From Tubulanus polymorphus (taxonomy: Eukaryota; Animalia; Nemertea), in contig NC_134030.1 of assembly GCF_964204645.1 (NCBI RefSeq), forward strand, positions 20,916,210-20,980,209: DNA of 64,000 bases, written 5' to 3'. This document shows, one piece after another, positions 38,901 through 52,370 of this stretch; within the stretch, counting starts at the first letter, position 1, and the number at the start of each line of letters is the position of its first letter. The translations under genes were made by a program, and so were the position numbers. Below the pieces are notes generated by a model. The model had not been told where the DNA came from, searched no databases, and worked only from the letters and a program-made list of their open reading frames with translations.

Positions 38901-40529
38901 AGAAAAGATGTCTGCCTCTTTCAATCCCCCTATGACATATATTGTCTGCTAGTGATTTGATCTATAGACACTTCTAGAAAAGATGTCTGCCTCTTTTAAT
39001 CCCCTTATGACATCATCATATTGTCTGCTAGTAATTTGATCGATAAACACTTCTAGAAAAGATATCTGCCTCCGTAAATCCCCCTATGACATCATCAAAT
39101 TGTTGACTTTTGATTCGATTTTTAGACACTGCCTCCTTAAATCGCCTTATGACATCATCAAATTGCCTATAAGTGATTTGTCAAATGGATATTTCCAGAA
39201 AGGATGTCTGCCTACATGAAGCACGTTATGTCATTATCGAATTGTCCGCTAGATATTTGAACTATAGATACGTCTAGAAATGATGGCCAACTCTTTCGAT
39301 CCCCCTATGACATCATCGAGTGAATCAGTTCGTATGTTGTTTAATTGTAGCCGAACTACATGGCGAGAACCCGTAGTCAAAGTCGTAAACCGCTGAAGCG
39401 TAAAGCCGACCGCTCGGAATCGCGGTCGCGTCCTCCGAGAGATAAATCGGGCGTCCGCGACGAATCGGTAAGTAGTGGAACCCCTCCCCTAAAGTCGAAG
39501 GAGTATTCCGTCGAATGTGACCCACGTTTGCTTGATTTCGTGATAAGGCTAAATAAAAATGATACCTTGTTTCTCCGCAGCGGCCGGGTCATATTTGTAA
39601 AATATGATAAAATTTATAAACAGTTCATTTCTATAGCGGCCGGGTCTGTTATGGTGAAATTGATCACGATTTTAAAAAAAGTAATGTATAGGGTAGATAG
39701 GCGGCCGGCCGGGTCAACATTTAAGCTCAGGAGAGCGAAGAAACAAGGTATCCATTTTTTTTAGCCTAAGTGAATACTTCAGGCTATGTATATGGAGCTC
39801 AGACCATAGGATTAAAATCTACTACAGCAGTAGTTCTGAGCGGATTAAAAAGGATTTTTAGAATTTCTTAAAATAGTTTTAAGAAATCTTAATTAATCTG
39901 GCCAGATAGTAAGTAGTTCAGTAAATGCTTACGCCGTAAGTTGTACATTGACGTGAAAAAAAAAATTTCTGAAACATCCTTTTATTTTGTGATGGAATAA
40001 GATAATAAGATAATAAAAAAAGGAAAAGAATGATGAAAATTCCACGGCCTAGTTGAATAACTATGCCTAAATGGGTACAGTTAGGACCAGGATTTATGTT
40101 AATCCTATTCAGCGGTTATTAAATAAGAATTATGAGTCGGATAGTCATAAGCATCAAAATGTGCTTAAAAATTTGCCCTGCAGTTTTTCTCATATGAAAG
40201 TGATGCAGAAATTTGAAATTTTCTCATTTAAAACTCGTCGAAACTCTGTACGGGGACCCTGTATTGTATATATGAATCCGATCCTCTGAATAAATGTGAC
40301 CCCCCCCGTCTCCGCCGCTCTGCGGAGATGAACGAGGACGGACGATCGAAATAATTGTCTCTTTCGCGAATTTCAGATGGCGAAGAAAGCGCGGAAGATC
40401 AGCAAAAACGCCGAGCGTCCGCGTAACCGGTTCGGTAAGATCGGAGAAGCCGATCGCCACATCGGAACGAAAATGCCGAAACATCTGTTCTCGGGAAAAC
40501 GGAAGAACGGGAAAACCGATCGCAGATAG
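26904..40529 (+). CDS. GTPBP4: Nucleolar GTP-binding protein 1 (NOG1/GTPBP4), 13 coding exons, 629 aa
   Basis: Exons 26904-26951, 29415-29585, 30127-30230, 31238-31321, 31853-32006, 32381-32623, 34487-34594, 34930-35217, 36300-36452, 37479-37591, 38631-38784, 39351-39467, 40377-40529; all GT-AG and frame-consistent (1890 nt). Translation matches NOG1: [31 protein letters not shown]1 [17 protein letters not shown]3 DTPG, G4 NKID, C-terminal [22 protein letters not shown] at 40642. Confidence 0.96.
27193..28486. mobile_element. Foldback / non-autonomous DNA transposon with 8-bp TSD (P- or hAT-like) in NOG1 intron 1
   Basis: Termini CACAGGGACTTGTCAC...GTGACAAGTCCCTGTG; TSD GTCGCTGA at 27185-27192 and 28487-28494; long inverted arms at ~27270-27730 and ~27953-28405. 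Confidence 0.88.
28617..28682 (-). mobile_element. tRNA-derived SINE-like head
   Basis: Minus strand has A-box TGGTCTAGTGG and B-box GGTTCGAGTC but no complete cloverleaf. Confidence 0.5.
28708..29103. mobile_element. MITE with ~60-bp terminal inverted repeats
   Basis: ctaatgtctatttattaattgatgagacctgtttttctgggatattt... is inverted at 29045-29103; there is also an internal hairpin. Confidence 0.7.
29620..29965. repeat. 76-bp tandem repeat (~4.5 units), NOG1 intron 2
   Basis: gaggattccacttgtggcaagtgaggatc at 29692, 29768, 29844, 29920. Confidence 0.92.
30272..30912. repeat. 28/30-bp minisatellite, NOG1 intron 3
   Basis: ccctgcagtgcggtgtataacccctccca / ...tacaacccaccaa units. Confidence 0.95.
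32591..33092. repeat. 73-bp tandem repeat (7 units) spanning the end of NOG1 exon 6 and its donor site
   Basis: Units start at 32591, 32665, 32738, 32801, 32874, 32947, 33020. Confidence 0.95.
33368..34438. repeat. 30-34 bp minisatellite, NOG1 intron 6
   Basis: agtccaccagggtgcgctgtttggctcatt units. Confidence 0.95.
36522..37411. repeat. 78-79 bp tandem repeat (~11 units), NOG1 intron 9
   Basis: attcaatatggctgccaggcagtctctaagatccaccgtttgtaaattcattgactcacagataaatt units. Confidence 0.95.
38099..38579. mobile_element. piggyBac-type MITE with duplicated right half (NOG1 intron 10)
   Basis: TTAA|CCCTTTCAGTGC; right ends GCACTGAAAGGG|TTAA at both 38389 and 38579. Confidence 0.78.
38835..39320. 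repeat. Degenerate ~70-75 bp repeat, NOG1 intron 11 (related array at ~37660-38060 in intron 10)
   Basis: Recurrent gcctccataaatccccctatgacatcat and ctagaaaagatgtctgcct. Confidence 0.75.
39547..39766. mobile_element. ~220-bp MITE family copy (NOG1 intron 12)
   Basis: Reverse-oriented copy of 23785-24004 with TAA TSD. Confidence 0.8.
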
Positions 40530-42806
40530 AAATATGTTCGAGTCGATTTTTTAAAATGCGGGTTGTTCGTTTTGTTTTGTTTTTCGGGGGTCGTCGTTCT
40601 GACATGGTTCACCACGTCACTGTAATAACAACTATAGTGAGAATAAATTAAATTGAAATTGTGATGAATTTTCTGGTTTCGTGATGTTTGTTATCGCTCG
40701 TCCTCCCACGGTACGGATTGGAACCTGATGATGGCGGTATCGTTGCACTCGGCCACGGCACGAACCCCGGTCACACTAGACCGGGTGCGCAGGTACAACA
40801 TGCGCAGCTTTACCGCTCGAAAACTTGCGGCACCAATCAGATCGCTCGTATAATCACTGAGGCAAATTTCACGGAAGTACTATGGGAAAACCCGGGCTAA
40901 AATAGAAAGGGATATCTGATTGGCTAATAATGACATCATCTAAGCTGCGCGTGTGATGCGCACTCGAAGGACAATTTGATAAATTCCACACTCGATAAAG
41001 CGAACTATCGGATATAACGAACGGATTGTCTGACAAAAATTATACGGCATGTCATTCAAAATATTTGAGACCTCTTCGTATAAATAAGGCAAGCTTTCGG
41101 AGTTTTACAACTGATGACCTAAATGAATCTACAAATTTATGTAATTGCGGGTTATCTACAACGTACAAGCTAATAAAAAGGTCTCGACGAAAATTGGCAG
41201 AATTGTTGGCAGATTGTTGTCCGCGCCAGACAAGACGTCTTTCAATATCGGTTATCATCAAAAACGTGGTTTGATTAGAACAGGAAAATTGCTGCAAAAT
41301 TTCATCAAAGGCGGTGAAAATAGATGGATGTGAAAAATAAATTGACACGAAAACTGGTGCTAGTTTTACGTGACCCTGGATCCACTTTAGGCCCGATTTT
41401 GAGCTGTTGTACAAATTCCCTCTTCACCACTAATGAGCATGCATTGTAAACTTGTTGAATCCAGGTCTAATATCAATCCTGGAATATTTCGAAATATCAG
41501 GGGCCGGGTTTATGGATATTCTTTAACCCCGAAAGCCAATTTTTCAATTTTAAGCCTTTTTAAAAAATTCCTATAATTGTCAAATCATGCCTACGTAGCA
41601 AATTATTTCAAATTTCCGTATTGCGGTTTCTAATCCTCTGGGTCCTTGATGTCATTTTATCTTGTTTCATCATTTTTGTCCTTCTTCAACGCTTGAAGAT
41701 GAATAAACCGTTAGAAAATAAATCTAGTAGTCCGAGTTTTATAATAAATGTCGGTTGTCGACACTACGTAATTGCGAACGCGGAAAAAACAAAATTCCAA
41801 CAAATAAGAAACAAATAATAATCAAACAACATTTTCAATTTGCAGTCGATTTAATTAATTTGACAGACAAGTGCGTCTCTCTAAACTAGCCGCTAGGAGC
41901 GCTAGCGCATATACATGCCCGGTTATAAGAAAAACGGTGGTAAGAAGACTCATAGCTTTATATTCATTAAGTATGGTATCAAACAGGGAACTGATTGCAG
42001 CCATTGCTTAGATTTAGGACCATCTTAAGTTTTATAGCGAATCTAACTCATTGAAACCAGTCTAAGCACATTTTGGTTCTATAACCAATCTAACAACTTG
42101 AGACCAGTCTAATCTCCATTTGATTCTATAACCAGCTTGTCGACAGAAATTGTGCAATATATCAAGGATCAATACAGTTATTTTGAATTTGAATATATCA
42201 ATGATTTTGAATTGAATTGACCGGCAACCAGTCACACCCTATATATTTATGACGTACTGCATATATCCTCTTAATAATTCATTAATACAATATATGAAAT
42301 TTCAAATGAAAGAATTATGAAATGTATCTAAATAAAAAAACCGTCAAAATTTAAATTTTCGTTACTTTGAAACCCCAATTTTGATGACGTAGTGCACACC
42401 GACTCTCACGAGTACTCTTTGAATAACAATGTTTCAATGTATTTTTTTTTTACCAATGACCATCTGGATTAATCAGGAAGGCCATGTTTACTAATGTAGA
42501 GTTTCAAATATGTGCTCAAATTTACGGAGCATATGTTTCACTTTAAGCTATTTAGCTCATCTTCTAGATATCGATACTACTAACTACACTGTGATCATTA
42601 GAATTTTAACCCGAGTTGGCGTCAAACGCTGAGCAGAGCGCCATTAGATAACTGATAACTATACAAGAAGACGGCGGCAATTTGTAAATTATTTTATCGC
42701 GCTCTCTGTCAATCCGTCACTATTCATATTTTACTTGCTGCCGAAGTAAAAGAATTTGAGAATTATACGGATGAATGACCAGACGAGCAGGTATGTTTAA
42801 ACGTAA

Positions 42807-43027
42807 GGCTAAACAAAAATGATACCTTGTTTCTCCGCAGCGGCCGGGTCATTTTTGTAAAATATGATAAAATTTATAAACAGTTCATTTCTACAGCGGC
42901 CGGGTCTGTTATGGTAAAATTGATCACGATTTTAAAAAAAAAGTAATGTATAGGGTAGATAGGCGGCCGGCCGGGTCAACATTTAAGCTCAGCAGAGCGG
43001 AAAAACAAGGTATCAATTTTTTTGGCC
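42807..43027. mobile_element. ~220-bp MITE family copy upstream of receptor B
   Basis: Same family, TAA TSD. Confidence 0.8.
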
Positions 43028-43819
43028 TAATTTGCGTAGTCTAAATAGGTTTTCGATGTCTAACCTGTCTTTAGATCTTACAACTTTAAATAATTTCAGT
43101 GGTGCATATACTTTATATTCAATAATTTTGAAATAACTGCTGTATAATATATATAAAAAAGCCCGAAACCCAATCGAGTAAAACAAATTAAGAATCGTAT
43201 TCATTTTAAAGATGGCTTTCCCGGGGCGCGCAAATATGTTCATTCTGAGCTTTAAATGATTAAAGGGCCGGACGCGGGTTTTACATAAACACCATATTTC
43301 TGTAGCATCGAGTGGATATGCTAAACTAAGTAAATCCTGAATACTATTACTAAGAAATCTCCTTAATTACCTAGAAATTACAAACCAAAACACCAGGTAT
43401 ATCACCGTTTTGAAACACCCTGTATACACGCGCTGTACATGTGCGTTACGAATTAATATTCAGAAACCACCTGAACGCAGAGAAAATAATTCGAGTATTT
43501 CTAAAATATGATTGGACAGAGAAATAACCACGCGTTATGAAACTGAGAATTGCTGCACAGATCGATGGTAATTACTGGGATGTTGATCGTTTGAGTCAGA
43601 GCCAACACTAATGACAGAACGAGTAAAAATATCATAGGCGATTTCGACAAAATATCAGCGGTTGAAAATAATTGCTGGATTTTAAAATTGCTGAGTGAAG
43701 CAAATCATGGATTTCACGAGTAAGAAATGTAAAATTCTACCTCATTTATGAATGGAACTTGAAGCTCTGTGGACAACCGATCAGAATTTGAATAGTGAAG
43801 GAATTTCATTCATGGGCTG

Positions 43820-46800
43820 ATGGATCGACTGAGAGCGCTGTTTATAGCGTCGCTGATCGTCTGGCGAGTTAACATCGCACACGCTGATCTGTCTGACTCT
43901 GTGAAGATCAGTTCATCTTGTAACAACACTTGGTACCCACTCGATTCTACGTCCGGTTACATCGTTTCACCGAATTACCCGTCGTTAACGCGCGGTGTTG
44001 AATGTCGTTGGTTCGTCAACAGCTCTTTACCGGGAACTTTCAACATCAAACTATACTACGACATCGAGCCGTCGATATTCTGTAGTGATAACTACCTTCT
44101 CGACGGTGAGTCCGATAACAGATTCTGCGGTGAAGGAAAACATGAAATCCGCCGTAACGATTCGATCTCGTTGATGTTTAGTAGTAACGTCGATGGTGCG
44201 CGGGGTAGTCGGGTTTATGTCACATATCGCTATGAACGGAACCGATTGAGAATCAGTCACCGCTGCCGCAAAAATTATTTTCGATTGAACGAACTGGAAA
44301 CATCGACTGGATACAAATTCGCGATGTTACTACGTGGCGGATGTCAGATATTCCTGGAATGGGACGCCCTCTCGAATGATTCAGCGATGTATTTGACACT
44401 TTTAGATTTCAACCTAAAACGCACGTCACTTTATACTAATGTCGATGCAGCGTCATGTTTTCGAATCTATGACGGTTGGAACACCAGCAGTGAACCGATA
44501 GCGATTATGGGTGTACAACGTGGACAGCAACCGTCATCATTTTATACTAAAATTAACAGAGCCATTATCACTTCGCTACGTGGCCATCGAGTTGCAACAC
44601 AACTATCAGTTCAGGTGTATAGAATATCTGATTGGAACGTCTCTAATCCGTTAATTCAAATCTCTAATAACGAGTCTGGAGTGCTCATTCCTGATGACAA
44701 CAGTTTACACGTAATAACTCGATCAAAACACTTACACTGCTGGTCTATCACAGTGCAGGTGTTACAGTACGTCGTCTTCAACTGGACACGTGATCTCAGC
44801 ACATCCGGTGACGTCATTGGTGTATATAAACTAGAAGGGTTACGCGTTGTAGGAACTGATATTTTACTCGGTTACAACTACCTGGAATCACTGAGTGTTA
44901 AATCTGACGGCTTTCTCGTCATACTGTGCGTTTTAATAAGACCAGGTGTTTTACAATCGAATGTAAAAATTGAATTCAAAGTGAAATCTTTATCCACAGG
45001 AGACGTAAAAGTCCGCAAAAAAAGGGTGAGTAAAAATATTTAGTAAAATTGAATGTAAAATATCAAGCTAATCAAAACCTAATCGAAATAACAAATATCA
45101 ATTTTGAATTAATTTTCATGTAAATTTCAAATGATTGACGAAATTCCAAAACTCAAATTGCATCAAATAATGGAAACGAAATTCCGTGCAGCCACTTCTT
45201 TCTATTATTTAGGTGTCTTTCATCCGATTATGTTTGACAGATAACCATATGATATATGGGACATAACAAACTTCAAACTGATCACTGAAAATAGATTGTT
45301 ATTTCTTACAAAGGCATAAATAGATCCTTTTCTTATTCATATTCTAGGTAGACCGTGATAAGTTGCCATCGTTAAACCCAGTAGCTATTTCTAAGAGGAG
45401 ATTTAAGTATAGCGTATTCAAGTATGAATTCAAATGGAAAGTTGAAATCTATGACATCGATCTAGAATTAGCGGTTCTGTCTGTGAATTGTGAAAATGCT
45501 GGATTCTATATATTTGATGGTGGTAATTTCAAGGCTAGACGATACGGTCCGTATTGTCCCGGTTTATCGGGCCATCGACGAAGTGTCGTCAGTCTGATCA
45601 CATCAGGCGGGCCGGTGATCATACTAAGCTATTCAATCAACAGTCAAAGCTGGAACAAGGGTAAATTGAGGTCACGTCTGACTGACTGTGACGGCTACGC
45701 GTTACGGGAAGGAGAATACAGCGTTACAATGCCGCTGACGTCACGTTGTTTCATGGTAACACCGGACAATCGGGGCAATCCATTAAATCATGATATTAAA
45801 ATAATATCACCCCATGAATATGAATTAAACACGTGTTTTCCTGATTTTATACGTCCATTACCGGCGTGTAATTATCATTTTCCTATCAACAGACAGCACC
45901 TCAATAACAGTCTCGTACTGCACACTGTTACATTAAAGAATCCGCAGTTGTTCATAAGACGCCCTTACATCATTGAATTAAGGCGTGTTTGTCAAACAAC
46001 GGATAGACGTAACAGACAATTTGACGAGTGGGAGCGAGATAAAGGCGACTGTGGAATCTTACAGTCACCGAACTACCCGGCTTCAGCTGGAACTTCACGT
46101 GAAACGATTAAATACAAACTCCAGTTCCTTTGGATTACAGCCCCCGTACAGTTTTACAGATTCATTATAAAAGATATGGAACCAACGCCGTGTGTCAAAC
46201 AATCCAGAGGTGCCAAGGACTCCGTGGTATTCATCCAGACTATAGCCGGCGCTACCAGACGTGAGACAATACACGCAATTAAACTTTGTGAAACTTACGG
46301 CACAGTAGGATTACAATTCTATAGTCTCAATAGAGATTTAATCTCATTCGAAATGAAAAACAAAATACCGAAATTCCGCATTCAATACATTTTAGAGAAA
46401 CAGTTTCTGATGAAAAAGCGCAATATTGCCTGCAAATCAGAATTTCTGGATTCGGGAATTTTCTGCATCAAATACATCAGAGATGAACGTCTGAATTGGG
46501 AAAACGCTGAATTGTACTGTCAACAGAAATACGGAGGACATCTACTCAGTATCAACTCACAAGATGAAATGATTTCGGTCAAAAAATTATTTGCTAGGAC
46601 ACTATTTCTAGATGGATATACCCAGAAAACACTTGTTATAATGATCGGTTTAAAATTACAGGTAAACTCAAAATTGTTCCTTCAACGGGGAAAACATTCA
46701 GGTTTCTATCAGATGTCTATATTTCCAGCCTAAACCCGATTACTTCATTTGGTTAAACCATTCTTGTCAATAAATGAAAATGAATTCTATCTTAACAGAA

Positions 46801-49800
46801 TGATGGTTATTACACGTGGACTGATGGGAAACCATTGAGCTACACAGAGTGGTTTAAACCTGCTATGAACGAAACGATACCAGAAGTTATTCAAGGATTG
46901 ATATCTCCTCTCCGAAAACAACCGATAAATGACGTCAATATGCCGTGTACGGCGATGATACTGAATAATCCACGAGGATCAGCCAACTGGGTTCGATTCC
47001 CTTGCGGAATTGAAGAGGTTCACACGAGATTCATTTGTGAATCGAACGAAGTCGATGTTCGGGAACAGCAGGAAAATACAACTAACACCGATACAAATGA
47101 TACAAAGGCGATAATGTTTTCATATAATGATATTCAGAGAAACAATTCATTGTGTACACGAGGCTGGGTTGGTATAGCCGGACAGTGTTATCAGATACTG
47201 ACAGATTGGACAAACAAACAGGGTTTGGATATCAGAGAAGCGAGAGAAAAGTGTCGTGAAATCCACGGAGAAATAACTCGCTACGAGTATGACATCATTA
47301 AAAACGTAATTGAAACATTGCACTATAGACACCAGTATGGCGCTATACTGACCTCTGATAACAGATTTATAAAACCAATTATCACTAGAGATGACATTAC
47401 TCATACTCAGATTGTTAAATGGATGATGAAACAGTTCGATAATGTCACCGATGTGGCGCATTCCGTGCTATGTTCCTATAATGTAACTGATGAAGAGTTG
47501 GCTTCTATAAGCGGTTGTAAATCGTGGCAGTTTAAATGTAACGATCAAAGATGTATCAGCGACCATCGCGTATGTGATACCAGAAACGACTGTCAACACG
47601 GTGAAGATGAACTCGATTGTTCGGGTTCAAACTTACTAAGTCAGTTCCACTGCTTAGATGGACGAGTTATATCAATATGTGGATTCTGTGATTTCATTAA
47701 GGATTGTTTGGATGGTTCTGATGAGAACTCGTGTTTTCATCCCCCGTGTTTGTCCCAACAATTCCGCTGTACTAGTGGTCAATGTGTCAGTAAGTATAAA
47801 AGATGCGACGGAGACACTGATTGTAAAGACGGCTCGGATGAAATGGATTGCACCTCTCAACTGTGTCAGGGGTTCCTATGTAACAGTGGGGACTGTATCA
47901 GTTCTCAGTTGTATCAGGATGGTGCCGTGGATTGTAGTGGAAACCTGGAAGAAGATGAATTAGTAACGAATGCGAATGTTACAGTGAATCCTACAGTTCA
48001 CTGTAATGATGATAACTACTGTACGACTAATTTCACAAATCTCTGTACAGAATCTGATGAACAAAGATGTTCTTTCGATTCTCCTCATTGTTATTCTAGA
48101 CGTCATAGATGTATATTAGAAAGAATGTCGAATAGTTATCCAGTTTGTAGAAATCTTGAGCATATATTGAAATGTGAAAAATTTGATTGTCCAGCTGGTA
48201 CTGTAAAATGTCCAGCATCGTACTGTATACCGATGGGACAAGTGTGCGATAGCCGATCCGATTGTCCTAATTCAGAAGACGAGCGAAACTGCGAGACGTT
48301 GTCATGTCCCGGCATGTTCAAATGTGGCCAGGAAAACCGATGTATACCTCAATCGGAAGTTTGTGATGGTGTTGTTGATTGTAAACATACCACTGATGAC
48401 GAAGCTTTCTGTAACGTCACGTGTCCAGCATATTGCAAATGTCAAGGTCTTTTGGTCGACTGTGGAAATGCCGGTTTAACAAATATTACCGATCTTTTCT
48501 CGTCATCAACTCGAGTTCTGATTCTGTCAAATAACACAATTATCTTGGATATGACGACATTTTTTCCATATGTTTATCTGCGTTTGCTCAACATCTCTTC
48601 TAATAAATTGTCTTACATTTTACCAGACTCTTTCTCAAACCTGCATAACCTACATACATTAGACCTTACATATAACAATATAACATACTTTTCCACGAAT
48701 ACATTCATTGGTTTGTATAGTTTGAAAGAGTTATTGATAACTAAAAATCCAATTAGTCACTTAGAGGACGATACATTTCAAGATTTGAAGTCTCTTAAAC
48801 ATCTCGATCTTCACGGACTTTTCATATCTCTTCTTGGTAGAAATGTGTTTAGAGGTTTATCTACATTACAGTCGTTGAATATCAGCAGTAACAGAATCCA
48901 TCATATTTCTCCATATGCTTTTTCGGGATTAGATGAACTTAGAATTATTGATATAACTAATAACTCTAAAGTAATTTCTACAGAAAAAGATATTTTTAAC
49001 AATCTTACATCATTAGTCTCTTTAGCGTCTGATGCTTACAAATTTTGCTGCATGGCTCCGAATGTCGACCAGTGTCTTCCTGAAGCAGATCAATTTTCGT
49101 CCTGTTCTGAGCTGATGGGTAACACAGCCCTCAGAGCTATCATCTGGGTCATCTCCGCATTCAGTTTCTTTCTAAACAGTATCGTCATTTTATTCCGTGT
49201 TCGATCATTTCTACTTTCATCTTCCGAAAAGCGTAACACATCTTCTGACATCCTCATCATTAATATCGCATCTTGTGATTTTCTAATGTCTATTTATCTG
49301 TTTCTGATCGCGGGAGCTGATTACGTTTATAAAGGAGTTTATTTCCTGCATTCTGAAACTTGGACGGACAGTTCATTGTGTAGTTTCGCTGGAGTTATGG
49401 TAACTATTTCCTCCGAAGGCTCGCTGACGTTTCAATTCATTTTAACACGTTATAGATTTTCGAATATAGTTAATCCATTTTCTGGAAGCCCAATTACATC
49501 TCCGAGATACGTGTCTATTATTTGTTGCCTATGTTGGTTATCTATAAGTACCATTTCTATAATACCACTGTCACAGTCAACATATTTTGGCAACAAATTC
49601 TACGGTACTACTGGAATTTGTTTACCTATGAATTTAATCTCAATTGATGTCCACGCCTGGCAATATTCATTCTCTATTTTTGCCGTATTTAACTCAGTCG
49701 TACTTGCTACAATAATGATGACGTATGCGCAGATGTATAGACTCGTATCCGGGAGCAGGTCCGGCTCGGGTAGAGCTGATCCTACCGAATTGGTTCTGGC

Positions 49801-50023
49801 GCGTAGGAGTTTAGTGATAAATCTGTGTAATTTATTTTGCTGGTTACCGATAATTATCGTTCAGTTTTGCGCTGTATTGCGAGTAGAAATACCGAACCAA
49901 GTGGCGGCTTGGTTGGCGGTACTTTTCCTACCGATCAACTCGTCACTGAATCCACTTCTTTACACCATCCTCACTATCGATGTTAAATCCATACAAGCAA
50001 AAACTAAAATCAGACGCCGTTAG
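43820..50023 (+). CDS. GRL101-like CUB/CTL/LDLa/LRR GPCR, copy B (3 exons, ~1914 aa)
   Basis: Exons 43820-45025, 45348-46661, 46799-50023 with phase-0 GT-AG introns at the same positions as copy A. Same domain order; all frames open. Confidence 0.88.
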
Positions 50024-50464
50024 AAGAAATAAAACCGGCTTGTAATGAATTTCTGACTGCGTCATTTTTCGGTTCCGTTCGACAGGAGTTACAATATTAC
50101 ATTACAGATTATGCCAATGGTATAATTATCACGTATAGATAAAGAGGATATCGAATTGAATCTGAAGATGCATGCATGCGCAATGTCAACAGGTTAGCAG
50201 AAAACTCTCTTGTTAGAACATTAATTAACCCACTCCCCAATCCAAAGAGTTTCCAATCTACAGAAGATTCAATCGAATGGGCGTCGAGTTACATATAAAA
50301 CGATCCACGTACAAGAACGTACAGGGCTATCAAAAATCTATTATTTTCAACCACGTTAACGTCAATCGTGTACATATGGATTTCAGCTGCTTTTTAATGT
50401 ATATCAGTCAGGAGCGGATCTAGGATTTTCCATGGGGGAGGTGGTCCAATGAGAAAAAGAGCAC

Positions 50465-52370
50465 TTTTTGGAATTATGCGGAGAAAAGCCATTATTTAAA
50501 TTGGTACTAATATCTGAGTGACGAGTAATTAGGGCAGACTCAACTATGTGGCGTTTAGTGTAATTGCTGGAAGTATAAATAATTTCGGCTTTATCAAAAT
50601 TAAAACGATGACCAGTGTTCCAAACATGATTGGCTACGCCACTAGCCGGTTTTTGATTTATTATATCCTTTTTGTGTTCCGAAATTCGAGTTTTTGAATC
50701 ACGACCAGTTTCTCCAAAGTAAATTTTATCACAGCCAAAACAAGGAATTTTGTAAACTCAGGGTAAGCCAATTTTCTAAGAGAGTAGGATATATGGTCAA
50801 ATTCAGCCGAGAGGAAGGTTTCATCGCAGATCCGTAGTGCACGGAGAAAGAGGCCTTGAGCGAGACCAATTTTGATTGATTTGGCAGTAAACGAAAAGAA
50901 GTGAAGGTATGCCTGGGCGTTGATAGGTTTACGGTAGACTGAGAAAATCAAATGAGAAAATTTATTGTGAATTAGAACATCTAAAAACGGAATTTGGTCA
51001 TTTTGTTCCCATTCAAAAGTGAATTTCAAAGATGGATATTGGGAGTTGATGAAGTCGATAAAAGAGGTAAGATCAAAATGATCAGAAACTAAGCTCAGAA
51101 TGTCATCAACATATCTAATCCAAAAGTTAGGTTTAGAGCCAGCGTACTTAGGGAGAATTTCTGATTCAAAGTGTTCAAGGAAAAGATTAGCCAAAATCGG
51201 GGATAATGGGTTTCCCATAGCGAAACCGAAAATTTGTTCATAGAATTTGTCTTGGAATTGGAAATATAATTTGGTAGTACAGAGTTCCAAAAGTTCAAGT
51301 AAACATTCTACAGGAATTTGGAGATCAAGATTGGAGTCCGGGAGTTTTCTTCTTAAGAATTTGAGAGTTGGTTCCAATGGTATATTAGTGAACAAGGAAA
51401 CAGCGTCGAAAAATATAAATTTTTGTCCATTAGGTTTGAGATTTTTGAGTTTGTCTAAAAGATCCATATTGTGCCGAATGTGAGAATCAGAAAAAGTACC
51501 CAAAGCCGGGGAGAGTACTTTAGCCAGATATTTGGAGAGCCGATATGATGGAGAATTCATATTAGAAATGATCGGTCTTAAAGGTGAATTGGGTTTATGA
51601 ATTTTGGGAAGACCATAAGCATAAGGAAGATTTGGAAGCCGAGAGTTGAATATGGAGATGAAGTCCGAATGGTCAGGAAATTTCTTAGAGATGTTTTTTA
51701 AACCGAAATTAAAAGCTGATTGCATCTTTTTCAAAGGGTTGTTTTTTTTATGGATTTGTAGAAATTGGAATCACCGAGAATAGCAAACATTTTAGAATTG
51801 TAATTTATCAAATCTTGAATAACAATTTTGCCGCCTTTATCAGCCTTGGAGATGCGGATGGTACTGATGGATTTTAGTTCCTGGAGAGCAATCGAAAATC
51901 TCCGAGGAAAGAACTGGTAAGATTGACCTTGAAGGGTATTCCAAATGGTGTCCAAATTCATGAATATAAAATTGTATTGAAAACTAGCCGGAGGAAGGAA
52001 CGAACGTTCAACGAAATCCAAAATGTGTTGTTTTTTATGCGGGGGAGAGAAATTTAATCCTAAACCGAGAACTTGAATTTGTGTTTTGGTTAATTTAGCC
52101 GAAGATAGATTGACAACATTATCAGTAGCGCAAAATTTGGTCCAAGGGCTGTTGTCGATTAATTTATTCAGAATGGAAGAGAAATGCGAATTTTTCTTTA
52201 GACGATGTGCTGCGCAAAGATTCTTGATGCCTGAATGAAGAGAGTGCCAAAGGAAACCATCAGGTATATGGTGTCTGAAAAAACGTTCTGCTTGTCGCAT
52301 TTTATAGAAATTGGAGTTGGTAGTTTCTTTTTCAATTGAATTTGGAGAAATTGAACGCGGACGACCAACT
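50465..52370 (-). mobile_element. Penelope-like retroelement (RT + GIY-YIG), disrupted
   Basis: RT motifs YGLPKIHK..PLRPIIS, FDAVSLFTNIP, GFAMGNPLSP, RYVDD, PFLDV; upstream VLGLGLNF and KADKG. An off-frame GIY-YIG domain (VYKIPCFGCDKIYFGETGR...RISEH...ESALI...NLNNG) lies at ~50757-50490. Frameshift in a poly-A run at ~51745; the RT-endonuclease linker appears deleted at ~50760. Confidence 0.9.

Noticed and set aside
40700-40790. CTGATGA (hammerhead-like), TTGCACTC (U1-like) and weak A/B boxes on the minus strand
   Set aside because: No GAAA core with matching stems and no extended U1 similarity; at most a decayed tRNA-derived repeat.
41020-41420. 120-aa minus-strand ORF and a plus-strand YVIAGYL motif suggestive of a decayed transposase
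   Set aside because: Too short and interrupted to support without a search.
51731-51750. Programmed ribosomal frameshift between the two Penelope ORFs
   Set aside because: Penelope elements normally encode one ORF; a homopolymer indel in an otherwise decayed copy is the simpler explanation.
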